A stretch of DNA of 64,000 nt, taken from positions 1,152,001 through 1,216,000 of the forward strand of contig CAWETU010000001.1 of NCBI GenBank assembly GCA_963812135.1. The letters run 5' to 3'. Origin of the DNA: Vulcanimicrobiota bacterium (GTDB lineage Bacteria > Vulcanimicrobiota > Vulcanimicrobiia > Eremiobacterales > Eremiobacteraceae). This document shows positions 32,142 through 42,253 of the stretch, one piece after another. A program made the translations under genes and the position numbers. Within the stretch, counting starts at the first letter, position 1; each line of letters opens with the position of its first letter. The notes below the pieces were generated by a model. The model did not search any database, was not told the DNA's origin, and worked only from the letters and a program-made list of their open reading frames with translations.

Positions 32142-32921
32142 ATGCGCCCGCAGCTTCTTGAATTCTACGATTCCGAACTACGCGTCAACCCACCAGCGCA
32201 GGTGGGGGTACGTTTTGAGCACGCGGAGGGTGTGCTTCGAGCTCGGGGCTCTGCCAACTGGATTTTCGCGCGTGACCTCAAAGCAGCAACGGTCGACTCC
32301 GTCGTAACGCGCGAGGCGGATCTCTTCAGGCGCCTCGGCGAAGAGGTCGAGTGGAAAGTCTACGGACATGAAGCAGCCGTCGATCTTCCCGCGTGTCTGG
32401 CCGCCAACGGCTTTGAGTCAGATGAAACAGAAACGCTTATGTTCCTCGATCTCGCTGCCTGGCATTCGTCACTTGGCGCACAGGAAGGCATACGGTTCGA
32501 GCGCGTCGCTGACCAACAAGGTTTGCACGACCTCATGACAGTAGCGTCCGAAGCCTTTGGGGAGAACCGTGCCGATCTGCAACGTGCGCTGTTTGAAGAG
32601 CTGAAAGTCACGTGTTTTGCGGCAGACCCGATCACCTTTGCGCATGTTGCGTACGCCGGCGAAATGCCAGTAGCCGCTGGAAGGATGGAAAGTGCGCCAG
32701 GCTATGCGTTTGCCAGCATCTGGGGCGGCTGTACGATCCCTGCATTTCGGCATCGCGGAATCTTTCGAGGTCTTGTCGCCATTCGCGTCGATGAGGCACG
32801 CCGCCGCGGCCACACCTACATGGCGGTGGACGCGGCTGATACGAGTAGGCCGATCCTCGAACGACTTGGCTTCCTACCAATCACGACTGTGACTGGTTGG
32901 AGATTTCTCGTTCGACATTGA
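32142..32921 (+). CDS. GNAT family N-acetyltransferase
   Basis: GGCTIPAFRHRGIF acetyl-CoA motif; ILERLGF. Confidence 0.8.
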   Translation: MRPQLLEFYDSELRVNPPAQVGVRFEHAEGVLRARGSANWIFARDLKAATVDSVVTREADLFRRLGEEVEWKVYGHEAAVDLPACLAANGFESDETETLMFLDLAAWHSSLGAQEGIRFERVADQQGLHDLMTVASEAFGENRADLQRALFEELKVTCFAADPITFAHVAYAGEMPVAAGRMESAPGYAFASIWGGCTIPAFRHRGIFRGLVAIRVDEARRRGHTYMAVDAADTSRPILERLGFLPITTVTGWRFLVRH

Positions 32922-32931
32922 GGTTGGGCGA

Positions 32932-33087
32932 TCAGCCGTGCCAGCCGCTGCGGATGAGCAGCACGGCGTAGATCGCGAACGAGAAGACGACGATCAGCAC
33001 GACGATCGCGCAACCCGCGAGCCACATGCGCAGGTCGCGCGCGGCTTCGCGCTTCTCGCCGCGGTCGTATTCGCCATCACCAGGCAA
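32932..33087 (-). CDS. Small single-TM protein (51 aa), absent from the ORF track
   Basis: TTG start overlapping the tsaD end: MPGDGEYDRGEKREAARDLRMWLAGCAIVVLIVVFSFAIYAVLLIRSGWHG. Confidence 0.6.
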   Translation of the reverse strand: MPGDGEYDRGEKREAARDLRMWLAGCAIVVLIVVFSFAIYAVLLIRSGWHG

Positions 33088-34093
33088 AGTTCGGATCCGC
33101 GTGCAGTGCGCTGACCGGGACCCGTGCGGAGGCGCCGCGATAAAATGCGGCTGCAGCGATCATCGCGGCGTTGTCAGTGCAATACGCAAGCGGCGGCACG
33201 AGCACGCGCAGGCCCTGGGCTTCTCCACGGCTGCGCAGCTGCGCGCGCAACGCTGAATTGGCCGACACGCCGCCCGCAAGCGCGACGGTGTCCACGCCGA
33301 GGTCGCGCGCCGCACGCAGCGTCTTCGCGCACAGCACGTCGACGACCGCCGCCTGGAAGCTCGCGGCGACATCTGCCGCGCGCTGACGCGCGTCGTCCGG
33401 ATGCGCGTCGAGATGGTAGCGCACCGCGGTCTTGAGGCCGGAGAAGCTGAAGTCGTTCGAACCCTCGGAGAGCAGACTGCGCGGAAAGTCGAACGCCTTT
33501 GGATCGCCGCCGCGCGCAAGCTGGTCGAGCAGAGGACCGCCCGGAAAGCCGAGCCCGAGCAGACGAGCCACTTTGTCGAAGGCTTCGCCTGCAGCGTCGT
33601 CGCGCGTGCGCCCGATGATGCGGTGCTGAGACGGAGATTCGACATGGATCAGATCGGTGTGTCCACCCGAGACGATGAGGCAGACGAATGGGCCGCTCGG
33701 CGGCGACTGATCGGGCATGTCCGGATTCTCGAGATAGTTCGCGAAAAGGTGGCCGTGCAGGTGGTTGACCGCGTAGGCAGGCAGATCGCGCGCGAACGCG
33801 ATGGCCTGCGCTGCCGCAACTCCGACAACGAGCGACCCCGCCAAGCCTGGTCCGCACGTAACAGCGACGCCGTCGAGGTCGTCAAACGTACGATGGGCTT
33901 TTTCAAGCGCTTGCTCCACCACGGCGCCGATGACCTCGGCGTGACGCCGGCTGGCGATCTCCGGCACGACGCCCCCGTATTCGCGGTGGAAATCGTCTTG
34001 CGACGCGAGCACGTTGCTGTGCACGACGCGGCCGTCCTGCACGACCGCCGCCGCCGTGTCGTCGCAGGAGGTCTCGATCCCAAGAAGGAGCAT
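33077..34093 (-). CDS. tsaD: tRNA threonylcarbamoyltransferase complex subunit TsaD
   Basis: LGIETSCDDT, GGVVPEIASR, NHLHGH, SGGHT, DDAAGEAFDK, TDNAAMI. Confidence 0.97.
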   Translation of the reverse strand: MLLLGIETSCDDTAAAVVQDGRVVHSNVLASQDDFHREYGGVVPEIASRRHAEVIGAVVEQALEKAHRTFDDLDGVAVTCGPGLAGSLVVGVAAAQAIAFARDLPAYAVNHLHGHLFANYLENPDMPDQSPPSGPFVCLIVSGGHTDLIHVESPSQHRIIGRTRDDAAGEAFDKVARLLGLGFPGGPLLDQLARGGDPKAFDFPRSLLSEGSNDFSFSGLKTAVRYHLDAHPDDARQRAADVAASFQAAVVDVLCAKTLRAARDLGVDTVALAGGVSANSALRAQLRSRGEAQGLRVLVPPLAYCTDNAAMIAAAAFYRGASARVPVSALHADPNFAW

Positions 34094-34201
34094 GCTTGCC
34101 GATGTTCGCCGTATGCGTGACGCGCCCTCGCCGACCGATATTATAATGGTATGCGGCGTCTAAACCTCGCGTCGTTTCTGGATGCCTTCGCGGAGCCGAA
34201 C

Positions 34202-37200
34202 GTGATCTTGCGAATCATCGTCACCGCGGTGTTCGTGGCGTTAGCGATGGCAGCATGGTCGATGGTCGCGCGCACCGCGGGTACCGTCGGCGTCAATAAG
34301 GCATTCGCTCCATCAAGCGTCAGCTTCGGAACGGACTCGACGCTCACCATCACGCTGCTCAACAGCGATCCGACCGCATCGGTCAACATCACGACGATGA
34401 CGGACAATATGCCGGCCGGGCTGTCCGTCGATCTTGGCCAGCCTGCGACGACGACGTGCGCGGGGGGGGTCGTCGGCACGACGGTATCGAGCGTGACGTT
34501 GACGGGCGGCGTGATTCCGCAGGCGCCAGATTCGTTCAACCCCGGCACATGTACGGTGACGCTCTCCGTATACGGCGCTGCCACGCAGAATTATGTCAAC
34601 ACCATTCCCGCCGGCGGCCTCGTGACGAGCGCCGGCAACAACGGCACGCCCGGCAGCGCGACGCTGCAAGTCACCGACCCCGGGAACATCGGCGTCGCGG
34701 TCAGCGTCCTCCCGACGCAGGTGCCCGAAACAGCTTCGCCCGTGTACACGGTCACGATCACCAACCCGAACAAGCTTGCGCTCACCAACGTGACGATCCC
34801 GGGCACGTTGACGAGCCCCTCAGGCGGTGCCACGCTGCACATCGTCAGCGCGGTGAGCAGCTGCGGCGGTTCGGTCGTCGTCGTGAATGGATCGCCGACG
34901 ACGTTCACGGTCACCGGCGCGACGATACCCGCGAACGGATCCTGTACGGTGACGGTCACCGTCAGCGTCAACGGCCAGTTCAGCAACAGTCAGCGCACGC
35001 AACGGTTGACGATCGCAGCGGGCGCCGTCACTTCCGCACAAGGCGTGACGAATAGCACCGGGTCGCAGGCCGATGTCACATACTTCCCGATCACGCCGAC
35101 GATCTCCAAGACCTTCACGCCGAACGTGACGGTACCAGGGGCGACGGTCTTGGTGACGCTCAATGTGGTCAGTCGCGACACCGTCGCGCTCACCAACTTC
35201 GGCTTCACCGACGTGCTGCCGGGGGGGTTGACTCTTGGAGCACCGCCCAATCTCGCCAACTCGTGCGGTGGTCCGGCGGGTTCGATCTCGGGAACGACGA
35301 CGGTCGTCGTATCTGGGTTGACGATAACGCAGGCTGCGAGCCTGGGCGCAAGTGGTCCTACGTGCCACGTCTCGTTCAACGTGCTGGTGCCGCTGGCGCC
35401 TCCCAGCCAGACGCCCACGAATTCGGTCGGCGCCAGCAGCGTGGTCAATGATCAAGGGTTGAAACCCCTGTCCGCTGCGAGTGCCGTGCTGACGGTCGGC
35501 CCGACGCCGACCCCACAACCGACGTTTAGCAAGGCGTTCTCGCCATCGACCGTTGCCCGAGGCAATAACTCAACCCTCACCATCAACGTCATCAATCCCG
35601 CCGGCGGGCTGCAACTCAACAACGTGAGCGTCACCGACACCTTGCCGGGGGCCTTGACCATCTTCTCGGCCCCGACGGCGAATGCGAATTGCGGTGCCCC
35701 GACGCTGGGCGGCGCACCGGGCGGCACGGTGATCACGATGACCGGCGGAACTATTCTCGCCGGAGCGCACACTTGCACCATCTCGGTCGTCGTCTCGACA
35801 GCCAACGTGACGCAACCATTCAACGTCACCTTGAAGAACGACATTCCGCCCGGCGGTATCACGGCAGTCAAGTCAGACCTCACGCCCGTGAGCAACGCAG
35901 CCGACGTCACCGCGAACTTGATCGTCTCGCATGGGCTCAGCCTAGTCCATTATTTCTCGCCTACCGGGTCCACGACGGTCGGCGTCGCTCCGATCAAAGA
36001 CACCATCAGCGTCGAGGACAAGATCGTTTCGACGGCGGCGTCGGACGACCACAACCTCTCCGCAGTCTTCACGCTGAATGCGTCCGGGTCGGCCGTTGTA
36101 CTCGCCGCAGTGCCGAATTTCACATACGTGTGCACGAAGGGTTCGGTCTTGACGTTCACGCCCGGCGTGGGGGGCTTGACCTATACCGCGGCCTCGGCCG
36201 ATTTCATCTTCAAAGACACGTGCACGATCACATACTCGGTAACGTCGCTCACCGCTGGCACATTCACCGCCGGCAAGATGACCGTCTCGAGCACCGAGGA
36301 TAATCTGCAGACTCTTTCAGGCTCGAACAACGTGATCTTCGTTAGCCCAGGGAACATCAACGTCAACAAGACGTTCACGCCGAACGCGATCCCCGCGGCC
36401 GGCATCTCACACATGCAGATCACGCTGTCGAACGACGCCCATGCGGCGCCCGGCGGAATCGTCTTCAACGAGACCGGCGTCGCGCTGACGGATAACATGC
36501 CGGCGGGCATGACCGTCGCCGCAGTACCAAATGCGAGCACGACCTGCGCCTCGGCTACGCTGACTGCGGTCGCCGGCGCGAGCAGCGTGTCGATCAGCGG
36601 CGCTTCCTTGCCGTCACGCACTGCAGGCGATGCGTTGCAGCCGTGCACCATCACGGTCGACGTCACAGCGACCGTGCCAGGCAATCTCACGAACACGATA
36701 CCGGCTGGATCCGTCACCTCGGGTTCGGGTGCCACCAATGCATTCGCCGTGAGCGTGTCCTTGACGTCGTCGGCGAACATCGGCCTGTCGAAGGCGTTCT
36801 TGCTCACGACGATCCCGCCGGGCGGCTCGACCTGGGTCGCGCTGACGTTCACGAACGGGTCGAACATCAGCGAGACGGTCAACAGTCTAACTGACAATCT
36901 GCCCAGCGGTATCGTCGTCAAAGATATCGTGTCACAGCCGCCGCCCCAGGGCGGGGCGCCGCCGAACTGCGGCGCAACCGTCACCGGCGTGGCCGGCGGC
37001 AGTTCGTTCACGGCGAGCAATTTCACCCTTGCACCGGCAGCCAAATGCGTCACGTACGTCGCCATAACGACGTCGACACCAGTCCAATTCGGTGTCTTTA
37101 ACAACACGATTCCCGCTGGCGCGATCGTCTCGGGCAGCGGCTTATCGAACCTGCAGCCGGCCACCGCGACCATCACGGTGGCGGCGGTGTCGCTGTCACT

Positions 37201-37510
37201 GGGCAAGCTCGTGCGCAACGTGACGACCGGCGGCACCAACGGCACCACCGCCAACGCGTCGCCGGGCGATACGCTGCTCTACACGCTGACCTACACGAAT
37301 ACGAGTCCGTTCGCCGAAGCGAACCTTGCCATCAAGGACACATTGCCGCCCAACACGACATTCGTCAGCGCCACCTGCGGCACGCTCGGCGGCGGCTTGA
37401 CGGCATGTACGCCTTCGGGTCCGACCCTGGGCGTGGTGACCTGGACGCTGACCGGAACGCTCAACGCCGGTGGCACGGGGACGGTCTTCTTGACGGTGAC
37501 GGTGCAGTAG
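34202..37510 (+). CDS. Secreted protein of 8 tandem DUF11-like Ig domains; last domain C-terminally incomplete (predicted tip adhesin)
   Basis: Signal peptide after GTG 34202 (alternative ATG 34151); repeats xxKxF...TDxLP...CT...NTI; ends GTVFLTVTVQ. Confidence 0.8.
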   Translation: MILRIIVTAVFVALAMAAWSMVARTAGTVGVNKAFAPSSVSFGTDSTLTITLLNSDPTASVNITTMTDNMPAGLSVDLGQPATTTCAGGVVGTTVSSVTLTGGVIPQAPDSFNPGTCTVTLSVYGAATQNYVNTIPAGGLVTSAGNNGTPGSATLQVTDPGNIGVAVSVLPTQVPETASPVYTVTITNPNKLALTNVTIPGTLTSPSGGATLHIVSAVSSCGGSVVVVNGSPTTFTVTGATIPANGSCTVTVTVSVNGQFSNSQRTQRLTIAAGAVTSAQGVTNSTGSQADVTYFPITPTISKTFTPNVTVPGATVLVTLNVVSRDTVALTNFGFTDVLPGGLTLGAPPNLANSCGGPAGSISGTTTVVVSGLTITQAASLGASGPTCHVSFNVLVPLAPPSQTPTNSVGASSVVNDQGLKPLSAASAVLTVGPTPTPQPTFSKAFSPSTVARGNNSTLTINVINPAGGLQLNNVSVTDTLPGALTIFSAPTANANCGAPTLGGAPGGTVITMTGGTILAGAHTCTISVVVSTANVTQPFNVTLKNDIPPGGITAVKSDLTPVSNAADVTANLIVSHGLSLVHYFSPTGSTTVGVAPIKDTISVEDKIVSTAASDDHNLSAVFTLNASGSAVVLAAVPNFTYVCTKGSVLTFTPGVGGLTYTAASADFIFKDTCTITYSVTSLTAGTFTAGKMTVSSTEDNLQTLSGSNNVIFVSPGNINVNKTFTPNAIPAAGISHMQITLSNDAHAAPGGIVFNETGVALTDNMPAGMTVAAVPNASTTCASATLTAVAGASSVSISGASLPSRTAGDALQPCTITVDVTATVPGNLTNTIPAGSVTSGSGATNAFAVSVSLTSSANIGLSKAFLLTTIPPGGSTWVALTFTNGSNISETVNSLTDNLPSGIVVKDIVSQPPPQGGAPPNCGATVTGVAGGSSFTASNFTLAPAAKCVTYVAITTSTPVQFGVFNNTIPAGAIVSGSGLSNLQPATATITVAAVSLSLGKLVRNVTTGGTNGTTANASPGDTLLYTLTYTNTSPFAEANLAIKDTLPPNTTFVSATCGTLGGGLTACTPSGPTLGVVTWTLTGTLNAGGTGTVFLTVTVQ

Positions 37511-37512
37511 CG

Positions 37513-39252
37513 TCAGGCTTTTGACGCGATCTCCTCGCCGAGTTTGATCGCGAATTCATCGGGCGTCATGGTCGTCTGCTCGCCCGAGCGCGAGCGCACG
37601 TTGACCTTGTTCTCCGCCACTTCGCTCTTACCAACCACGAGCATGTAAGGCACCTTGCGCATCTGTTGATTGCGGATCTTTTTCTGCAGCCGCTCATTGG
37701 ATCGGTCGACCTCGACGCGGAAACCGGCCGATGCCAGCGACATCGCGACGCGCTCGGCATAGGGCGCCTGATCCTCGGCGATGGGCAGCACGACCGCTTG
37801 GACCGGCGCCAACCACGCGGGAAACGCGCCGGCGTAGTGCTCGATGAGCACGCCCATGAACCGCTCCAGCGAGCCGCACAAGGCACGGTGGATCATCACC
37901 GGCCGGTGTTCGGAGCCGTCCGCGCCGGCATACGTCAGCCCGAAGCGCTCGGGTAAGTTGAAATCGACCTGCACGGTCGAGAGTTGCCACTCCCGGCCGA
38001 TCGCGTCGCGCACTTTGATGTCGAGCTTGGGGCCGTAGAACGCGCCGCCGCCCTCGTCGATCTCGTATTTCAAACCGGCGTGATCGCAGGCGGCTTTGAT
38101 CGCGTTGGTGGCGCGCTCCCAGAGCGCGTCGTCGCCGAGCGCGTTCGGGGGCTTCGTCGAGACGAACATCTTGTAGTCGTCGAACTTGAACGCCTTGAGC
38201 ACGGTCAGCGCGGCGTCGACGCAATCCTCGAACTCCTGCTGCAGCTGATCCGGCGTCACGAAAAGATGGGCGTCATCCATCGTGATCATTCGCACGCGCA
38301 GCAAGCCGTGCAGCGTGCCGGAGCGCTCGTCGCGATAGACGGTTCCGAACTCAGCGAGCCGAAGCGGCAGGTCGCGATACGAACGCGGCCGCGATTTGTA
38401 GATCAAGATGTGCCCCGGGCAGTTCATCGGCTTGACGCGATAGTGTTGTTCGTCGAGCTCGAACGGGCCGAACATGCTCTCGCTGAACGTCTTGAGATGG
38501 CCGGACGTCGCGAACAACGCCTCGCGCACCGCGTGCGGAGTGTACACGGGTTCGTAGCCGCGCCGGCGCAGCTCGCCGCGGATGAACTCCTCGATGACGC
38601 CTCGGACGCGACCACCCGCGGGATGCCAGAAGATGAGGCCGGGTCCCGCATCCTCCTCGATTGAGAAAAGATCAAGCTCTTTGCCGAGCCTGCGGTGATC
38701 GCGGCGTTCAGCTTCTTCGAGCTGCTTCAGATACTCGTCGAGCTCGTGCTGCGTCGGAAAGGCGGTGCCGTAGATGCGCTGCAACATCGGATTCTTCTCA
38801 TCGCCGCGCCAATACGCGCCGGCGACGGACAGCAGCTTCACGGCGCCGACTTCCGAGCTGCGCTCGACGTGGCCGCCGCGGCAGAGGTCGGTGAACTCGC
38901 CGATCGTGTACATCGACAGCGGCTCACCATCGGGAATGCCGGCGATGATGTCGAGCTTGAACGGCTGATCGAGCTTGGTGTAGTAGGCTAGCGCTTCGGC
39001 GCGCGTGACCGGCCTGCCGGTCATCTTGACGTCTTGCTTGATCAGCTCGCGCATGCGCGCTTCGATGCGCGGCAGATCTTCCGCCACGAACGGCGTGCTC
39101 TTGAGGAAGTCGTAGTAAAATCCGTCCTCGATCGCCGGCCCGATCGCGAGTTTGACATCATCGCCGAATAGATCGACGACCGCGTGCGCGAGCAGATGCG
39201 CCGCGGTATGCCGGGAGTGACCTAGGTCACGTTTTGTGTCTCCAGCGTCCAT
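37513..39252 (-). CDS. thrS: Threonine-tRNA ligase (short form lacking the N-terminal TGS domain)
   Basis: RHTAAHLLA, DLCRGGH, KPMNCPGH, GAFYGPKLD, IHRA...ERF. Confidence 0.97.
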   Translation of the reverse strand: MDAGDTKRDLGHSRHTAAHLLAHAVVDLFGDDVKLAIGPAIEDGFYYDFLKSTPFVAEDLPRIEARMRELIKQDVKMTGRPVTRAEALAYYTKLDQPFKLDIIAGIPDGEPLSMYTIGEFTDLCRGGHVERSSEVGAVKLLSVAGAYWRGDEKNPMLQRIYGTAFPTQHELDEYLKQLEEAERRDHRRLGKELDLFSIEEDAGPGLIFWHPAGGRVRGVIEEFIRGELRRRGYEPVYTPHAVREALFATSGHLKTFSESMFGPFELDEQHYRVKPMNCPGHILIYKSRPRSYRDLPLRLAEFGTVYRDERSGTLHGLLRVRMITMDDAHLFVTPDQLQQEFEDCVDAALTVLKAFKFDDYKMFVSTKPPNALGDDALWERATNAIKAACDHAGLKYEIDEGGGAFYGPKLDIKVRDAIGREWQLSTVQVDFNLPERFGLTYAGADGSEHRPVMIHRALCGSLERFMGVLIEHYAGAFPAWLAPVQAVVLPIAEDQAPYAERVAMSLASAGFRVEVDRSNERLQKKIRNQQMRKVPYMLVVGKSEVAENKVNVRSRSGEQTTMTPDEFAIKLGEEIASKA

Positions 39253-39412
39253 TGCGGGACGTTTCTCAGAAACCCGCGTGAGGACCTAGCGTGCTGTATG
39301 TCGTTTTGACGATAGTAATATCAAGCAGCCCCAGTTACAAATTGTTTGTACCAGGGGTCACAATGTGTGGGAGCCGCCGTTTGGCGGCAAGTCTTGGGGG
39401 ACGAGGAACGTC

Positions 39413-39901
39413 ATGCGTTTAGTAGCCCGGGGTATTCTTGTGTGCCTGAGCGTGATCGCGCTCACCGCATCGGTCGCGCTCGCGCGACCCGATGTCGTTT
39501 TGCATTTGAGCGGCGCAACCGTGCAACGCACGGCCAGCGGCGAGAAGCTCGTACCGCTTGACCCCGCTGTCAAGCTCAAAGCCGGCGAGGTCGTCCGCTG
39601 GACGATCGTCGGCACGAACAAAGGTTCCGATCCAGCGCTGCACTTCACGCCGGTTGATAAGATCGCCGCGGGCACCGCGTACATCGCGGGATCCGCAACC
39701 ATCGTGGGAGGGCGGCCAGAGTTTTCGCTGGACGAAGGCAAGACGTGGTCGCCAAAACCCATGGTGGTCGTCCAGTCCCCGACGGGTCCCGTCAACAAGC
39801 CAGCGGACCCGTCTTCATTCACGAACATCCGATGGATCGCTGACAAATCGCTCGCGCCCAAAGCAAGCGCGCGGTTTTCTTTTGAGGTCCGGGTGAAATG
39901 A
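39413..39901 (+). CDS. Small secreted single DUF11-like domain protein
   Basis: Signal peptide; AGEVVRWTIVGTNKG...VDKIAAGTAYIAGSA...NIRW...FSFEVRVK; GAGG RBS. Confidence 0.8.
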   Translation: MRLVARGILVCLSVIALTASVALARPDVVLHLSGATVQRTASGEKLVPLDPAVKLKAGEVVRWTIVGTNKGSDPALHFTPVDKIAAGTAYIAGSATIVGGRPEFSLDEGKTWSPKPMVVVQSPTGPVNKPADPSSFTNIRWIADKSLAPKASARFSFEVRVK

Positions 39902-42228
39902 CAAGGAGCAAAGCGAGACCCATGAACCAACCTCGGTTCGCGTCCCTTCTGCGTCCAGCGGTTGGCATAGCTGCTGCGGCGTTCGTCTGCTGCGCGCTGG
40001 CGTTCACGAGCCAGCCCGCCGCCGCAGCCACGGCAGCCGGCACCCTGATCTCGAACACCGCGTCGGCGACCTACACCGATACGAACGGCGTCAATTATTC
40101 GACCCAGTCGAACACCGTCGTGGTCGAGGTGCAAAACGCACCATCGCTCACGGTGTTCACCAATAACGGCGCAGCGCCCGGCACCGGCACCGGCGTGCCG
40201 AACTCGTGTTTCGCAGATGTCTACACGCTGACGAACACGGGTAACGGAATCGGTCACTTCCAACTGCCGACCATCTCGCCACCGTTCGCGGGCAGCGATG
40301 CCGGTTCGGTCACGACCACGTCGTATTCGCTGTCGATCAACGGCGGCGCCACGACCACGGGCATGACGCTGGCGGCGCTCAACGCGGCGCTCGCGGCGCC
40401 TGGCGGTCTGATCCCAGCCGGCGGCAACGTCGTCATCACGATCAACTATTGCATCGGTGGGGCGGTCGTGCCCGGCACGATCATCTCGACGGTGCAGGCC
40501 AACATCAAGTACTTCGCGGCCGACCAGCCCAACCCGGGTGGTCTTGTCGACACGACGTCGGCGAACGTGACGAACACGTACACCGATACGATCACCGGCG
40601 ACGCGCGGCTCGACCTGCAGAAGACGGTCTCGATCACCGGTCCGGCGGGCGCGCCCGTGGTCAACTACACGGTCAAGGCTGCCAACGGTGGCAACGCGGC
40701 GGCGCGTACGCTGACGAGCGTGCAGGGCATCGGCTCCGGCGCGCCCTTCACCACGCCCGGCGTGCTCGCGGTGGCTGACAAGATCCCGCTCTTCGCGGCG
40801 ACGACGTTGACGCTCAACGGCGTGCCGGCGTTGGCGACGAATATCGGCAACGGCTTTGTCGCAGGATCGGTCGCGACCATCGTCTACTCGACGGATCCCA
40901 CTGGCGCCACCAGCTGGTCGACCAGTGCGGTGAACGCGAAGTGGATCGGCGTGTACGTCACCAACGGGGCAGCCTACTCGCCGGTGTTCAACACGAACGG
41001 CACGTCGGCGGCCGGCAACGTCCCCAATCCGGCGATCACGCTGACGTTCTCCGTGAACGGGCCTACCGGACCTGGCTCGGGTAACCCGAACGCGGTCTGC
41101 AACATCGCCAACAGCGTCGTCGGTGGCGACGCCAATAACGCCAATCCCTCGCAGCTCATCGGACCGACGATCACCAGTTTGGTGAACGATGGGTCCGCGG
41201 GCGCAGCGACGCAGATCAACAACGCCATCAACAACACGACGGCTCTCGCGAACCCGAGCGGCGCGTCGCAGTTCGTCTGCGTCGCGATGCCGGCGAACCG
41301 CGCCGTGCTCAACGGTCCGCGGACCGCACCGGGCGCGACGGGCAGTTTCGACGGCGTCGTCGCGGTGAGCAACGACAATGACTTCACCGACGTCGGCTTC
41401 GTGCAACCTGCGTTCACGATCGTGAACGCCGGCACGGTGCCGGGCACGCCGAACGGCAACAACTTCTCCGCGGCCGTGTCGGGCATCAACGCCTCGAGCG
41501 ACGTCATGAACAACGGCAACGTGGACGACACCTACAACATCGTCGCCACCGCGCCGGCCGGTTTTACCGTGCAGTTGTTCCAAGACAACGGTGCGAACGC
41601 GCCGAGCGCGACGCCGCTTGGCGGCGCGACCGCCGGTGCGACGTCGACTGCCACGGGCGTAGCGGTCGCGTCGGGCGTGACGCTGCACTACTGGGCGGTC
41701 TACAGCGCGCCCAACGGCACGCAATCGCTCAAACGCTACGACGGCAACACCATCGCCACGAGCGGTGCCGATGCCACCATCCACAACGAGACGCACCATG
41801 AGCTGTATTCCAGCTTCGTGGCGCTGACCAAGTCGGTCGTGATCGTGACGAACTGCTCGGGCCCCGTGCCGGCCAACGGCGTGTGCCCGGGCGGCACGCT
41901 CACGTACACGCTTGACTACAGGACGATCGTCACGATACCTGGTGCGGGCAATACTGAGCCTGCGGCCGCGATCTTGACGACATCGGCCGGGTCGGTGGTC
42001 GTCACCGAAGACGGCGCCGCTGCTCCCAACAACTGGGCAACGTTCACGAATGGACTCAACGGAGCGGTGATCGACTCGAACGCCTGGGGCACCGTGTTCA
42101 CGTACACGCCTGGTCCAGGCCCGGCCACTGCGACGAAGTTCACGGCGCAGCTGGGCGGCGCGAGCGGGGTGCTGTCTCCGACGGGAACCGCGCAGGGCAC
42201 GCTGACCTTCGCCCTTACCGTGAAGTAA
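39898..42228 (+). CDS. Secreted DUF11-type protein, predicted major fibre subunit (alternative ATG 39922)
   Basis: Signal peptide, then AATAAGTLISNTASATY; internal DUF11 domain; incomplete terminal domain ending GTLTFALTVK. Confidence 0.8.
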   Translation: MTRSKARPMNQPRFASLLRPAVGIAAAAFVCCALAFTSQPAAAATAAGTLISNTASATYTDTNGVNYSTQSNTVVVEVQNAPSLTVFTNNGAAPGTGTGVPNSCFADVYTLTNTGNGIGHFQLPTISPPFAGSDAGSVTTTSYSLSINGGATTTGMTLAALNAALAAPGGLIPAGGNVVITINYCIGGAVVPGTIISTVQANIKYFAADQPNPGGLVDTTSANVTNTYTDTITGDARLDLQKTVSITGPAGAPVVNYTVKAANGGNAAARTLTSVQGIGSGAPFTTPGVLAVADKIPLFAATTLTLNGVPALATNIGNGFVAGSVATIVYSTDPTGATSWSTSAVNAKWIGVYVTNGAAYSPVFNTNGTSAAGNVPNPAITLTFSVNGPTGPGSGNPNAVCNIANSVVGGDANNANPSQLIGPTITSLVNDGSAGAATQINNAINNTTALANPSGASQFVCVAMPANRAVLNGPRTAPGATGSFDGVVAVSNDNDFTDVGFVQPAFTIVNAGTVPGTPNGNNFSAAVSGINASSDVMNNGNVDDTYNIVATAPAGFTVQLFQDNGANAPSATPLGGATAGATSTATGVAVASGVTLHYWAVYSAPNGTQSLKRYDGNTIATSGADATIHNETHHELYSSFVALTKSVVIVTNCSGPVPANGVCPGGTLTYTLDYRTIVTIPGAGNTEPAAAILTTSAGSVVVTEDGAAAPNNWATFTNGLNGAVIDSNAWGTVFTYTPGPGPATATKFTAQLGGASGVLSPTGTAQGTLTFALTVK

Positions 42229-42253
42229 CGGAGAAGGCGGTAGGAGCCTGACG

